This document shows positions 62,881 to 64,000 of a DNA stretch of 64,000 nucleotides, piece by piece. The position numbers and the translations under genes are program-made. The DNA comes from an uncultured Verrucomicrobiae bacterium (GTDB lineage Bacteria > Verrucomicrobiota > Verrucomicrobiia > Opitutales > JABDGR01): assembly GCA_963765205.1 (NCBI GenBank), contig CAVXVB010000005.1, positions 160,001-224,000 of the forward strand, in the 5' to 3' direction. Each line of letters starts with the position of its first letter. Position 1 is the first letter of the stretch. A model generated the notes under the pieces. The model had not been told where the DNA came from. It was given only the letters and a program-made list of their open reading frames with translations, and made no database searches.

Positions 62881-63969
62881 TTATTCGGCGGTGAGCGGGA
62901 ACTTGACGGCGCGGCGGTCGCGCGTGGCGCGGTAAATGGCGGTGAACAGCTCCACCGTGCGGCGGCCTTCCTCGCCAGAGACCGCCGGCGGCCGGCGTTC
63001 GAGGATGGCCCGCAGGAAATCCTGAATTTGCAGGCGGTGGAAATATTCCATCGGCTTGATCGAGTTGAAGAATTGCGCGTCCTCCGCTTTCCACACGGCC
63101 AGTTGCGCCTCCTCGCCCGGCACGGTCCAGATGTCGTTGTAGGGCGGTTCGATGGCGTTCGTCTGGCCGGCGACGAACATCGCGCCGCCGTCCGTCTGCA
63201 CGCCGACGGAAATCCCGTTCGAGCCATGGACGGAGACGCGGACATTGAGGGCGGGATTTTGGCTGTTGCTCACCACGATGTTGCCGAGCGCGCCGCTCTT
63301 GAAGCGCACGACCGCCACGGCGGTGTCCTCGACCTCGATATACGGATGGTTGAGATTCGCCCAATAACCGAACATTTCGTCAATCTCGCCGAAATACCAC
63401 AGCAGCAAATCGAGTTGGTGCGGCGCCTGATTGACCAACACGCCGCCACCTTCGCCCTTCCAACTGCCGCGCCACGGGTCGCTGCGATAATAGGCCTCGT
63501 CGCGCCAGCCAAACATGACGGTGGTGCCCAGCACGGGGCGTTCGAGTTTCCCCGCGTCAATCGCCTGGCGGATGCGCTGGCACGGCGGATAAAACCGCCG
63601 CTGGCAAACCATGCCAAGGGTTGCGCCGCCGGCCTTCACCGCCGCGAGCATCGCGTCGCAATCGGCCAGCGAGGAAGCGAGCGGTTTCTCGACAAGCACA
63701 TGCACCCCCGCGCGGGCCGTCGCGATGGTCGGCGCGGCGTGCTCGGGATGCGGCGTGCAGATGCAAACCGCCTCCAGCTTTTCCGCGGCCACCATTTCGC
63801 CCGCGTCGGTGTAGGCGCGGACGCCGTATTTTTCGGCAAACAGCCGGGCCTTGTCCGGTGTGCGGCCGCAGACTGCGACAAAGTGGGACTCCGGCAGCGC
63901 GGCCAGCGCGACGGCGTGGAGATGGCCGACCTTGCCGCAGCCGATGAGTCCTGTGCGCAGTTTGGGCAT
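62881..63969 (-). CDS. Gfo/Idh/MocA family oxidoreductase
   Basis: GLIGCGKVG, CTPHPEH, VEKPLA, GGGVLVNQAPHQLD, VEDT. Confidence 0.95.
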   Translation of the reverse strand: MPKLRTGLIGCGKVGHLHAVALAALPESHFVAVCGRTPDKARLFAEKYGVRAYTDAGEMVAAEKLEAVCICTPHPEHAAPTIATARAGVHVLVEKPLASSLADCDAMLAAVKAGGATLGMVCQRRFYPPCQRIRQAIDAGKLERPVLGTTVMFGWRDEAYYRSDPWRGSWKGEGGGVLVNQAPHQLDLLLWYFGEIDEMFGYWANLNHPYIEVEDTAVAVVRFKSGALGNIVVSNSQNPALNVRVSVHGSNGISVGVQTDGGAMFVAGQTNAIEPPYNDIWTVPGEEAQLAVWKAEDAQFFNSIKPMEYFHRLQIQDFLRAILERRPPAVSGEEGRRTVELFTAIYRATRDRRAVKFPLTAE

Positions 63970-64000
63970 GGGATAAAATTCGGAATCAGGGTTTCAGCAA

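Overview
GC-rich bacterial chromosome segment. Gene content and style (long three-domain IspG, ECF sigma factor with a large C-terminal extension, DUF1800/DUF1501 pair, standalone Hanks kinase) suggest Verrucomicrobiota/PVC; this is an inference. The backbone is housekeeping: bamA end, cysJ-like, fabG-acpP-fabF, dus, aroK, lpxI, leuS, rpmH-rnpA-yidD-yidC-yebC, alr-tsaB-rpoN-kinase-dxr, speA, pduO, Fe-S carrier, rseP, ispG and MFS/oxidoreductase. Small, often AT-richer accessory inserts interrupt it at many gene junctions. The most striking signal is two toxin-antitoxin-like cassettes placed directly after the stop codons of fabG and ispG. Each is followed by a second, diverged copy of that gene's last 10-13 codons, with mostly synonymous differences in the ispG copy and no integrase in the window. 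All four TA-like cassettes carry a sigma70-like promoter 6-7 nt before the first start codon. Intergenic DNA holds many inverted arrays of 7-nt and 9-nt tandem repeats and REP-like palindromes, one of them translated inside leuS. Other candidates are an ECF sigma factor plus two paralogous helical-repeat proteins, a four-gene secreted/membrane operon of unknown function, and an intact-looking IS5-family element. Several single-base frameshifts in conserved genes look like assembly errors. No rRNA, tRNA or CRISPR array was seen.
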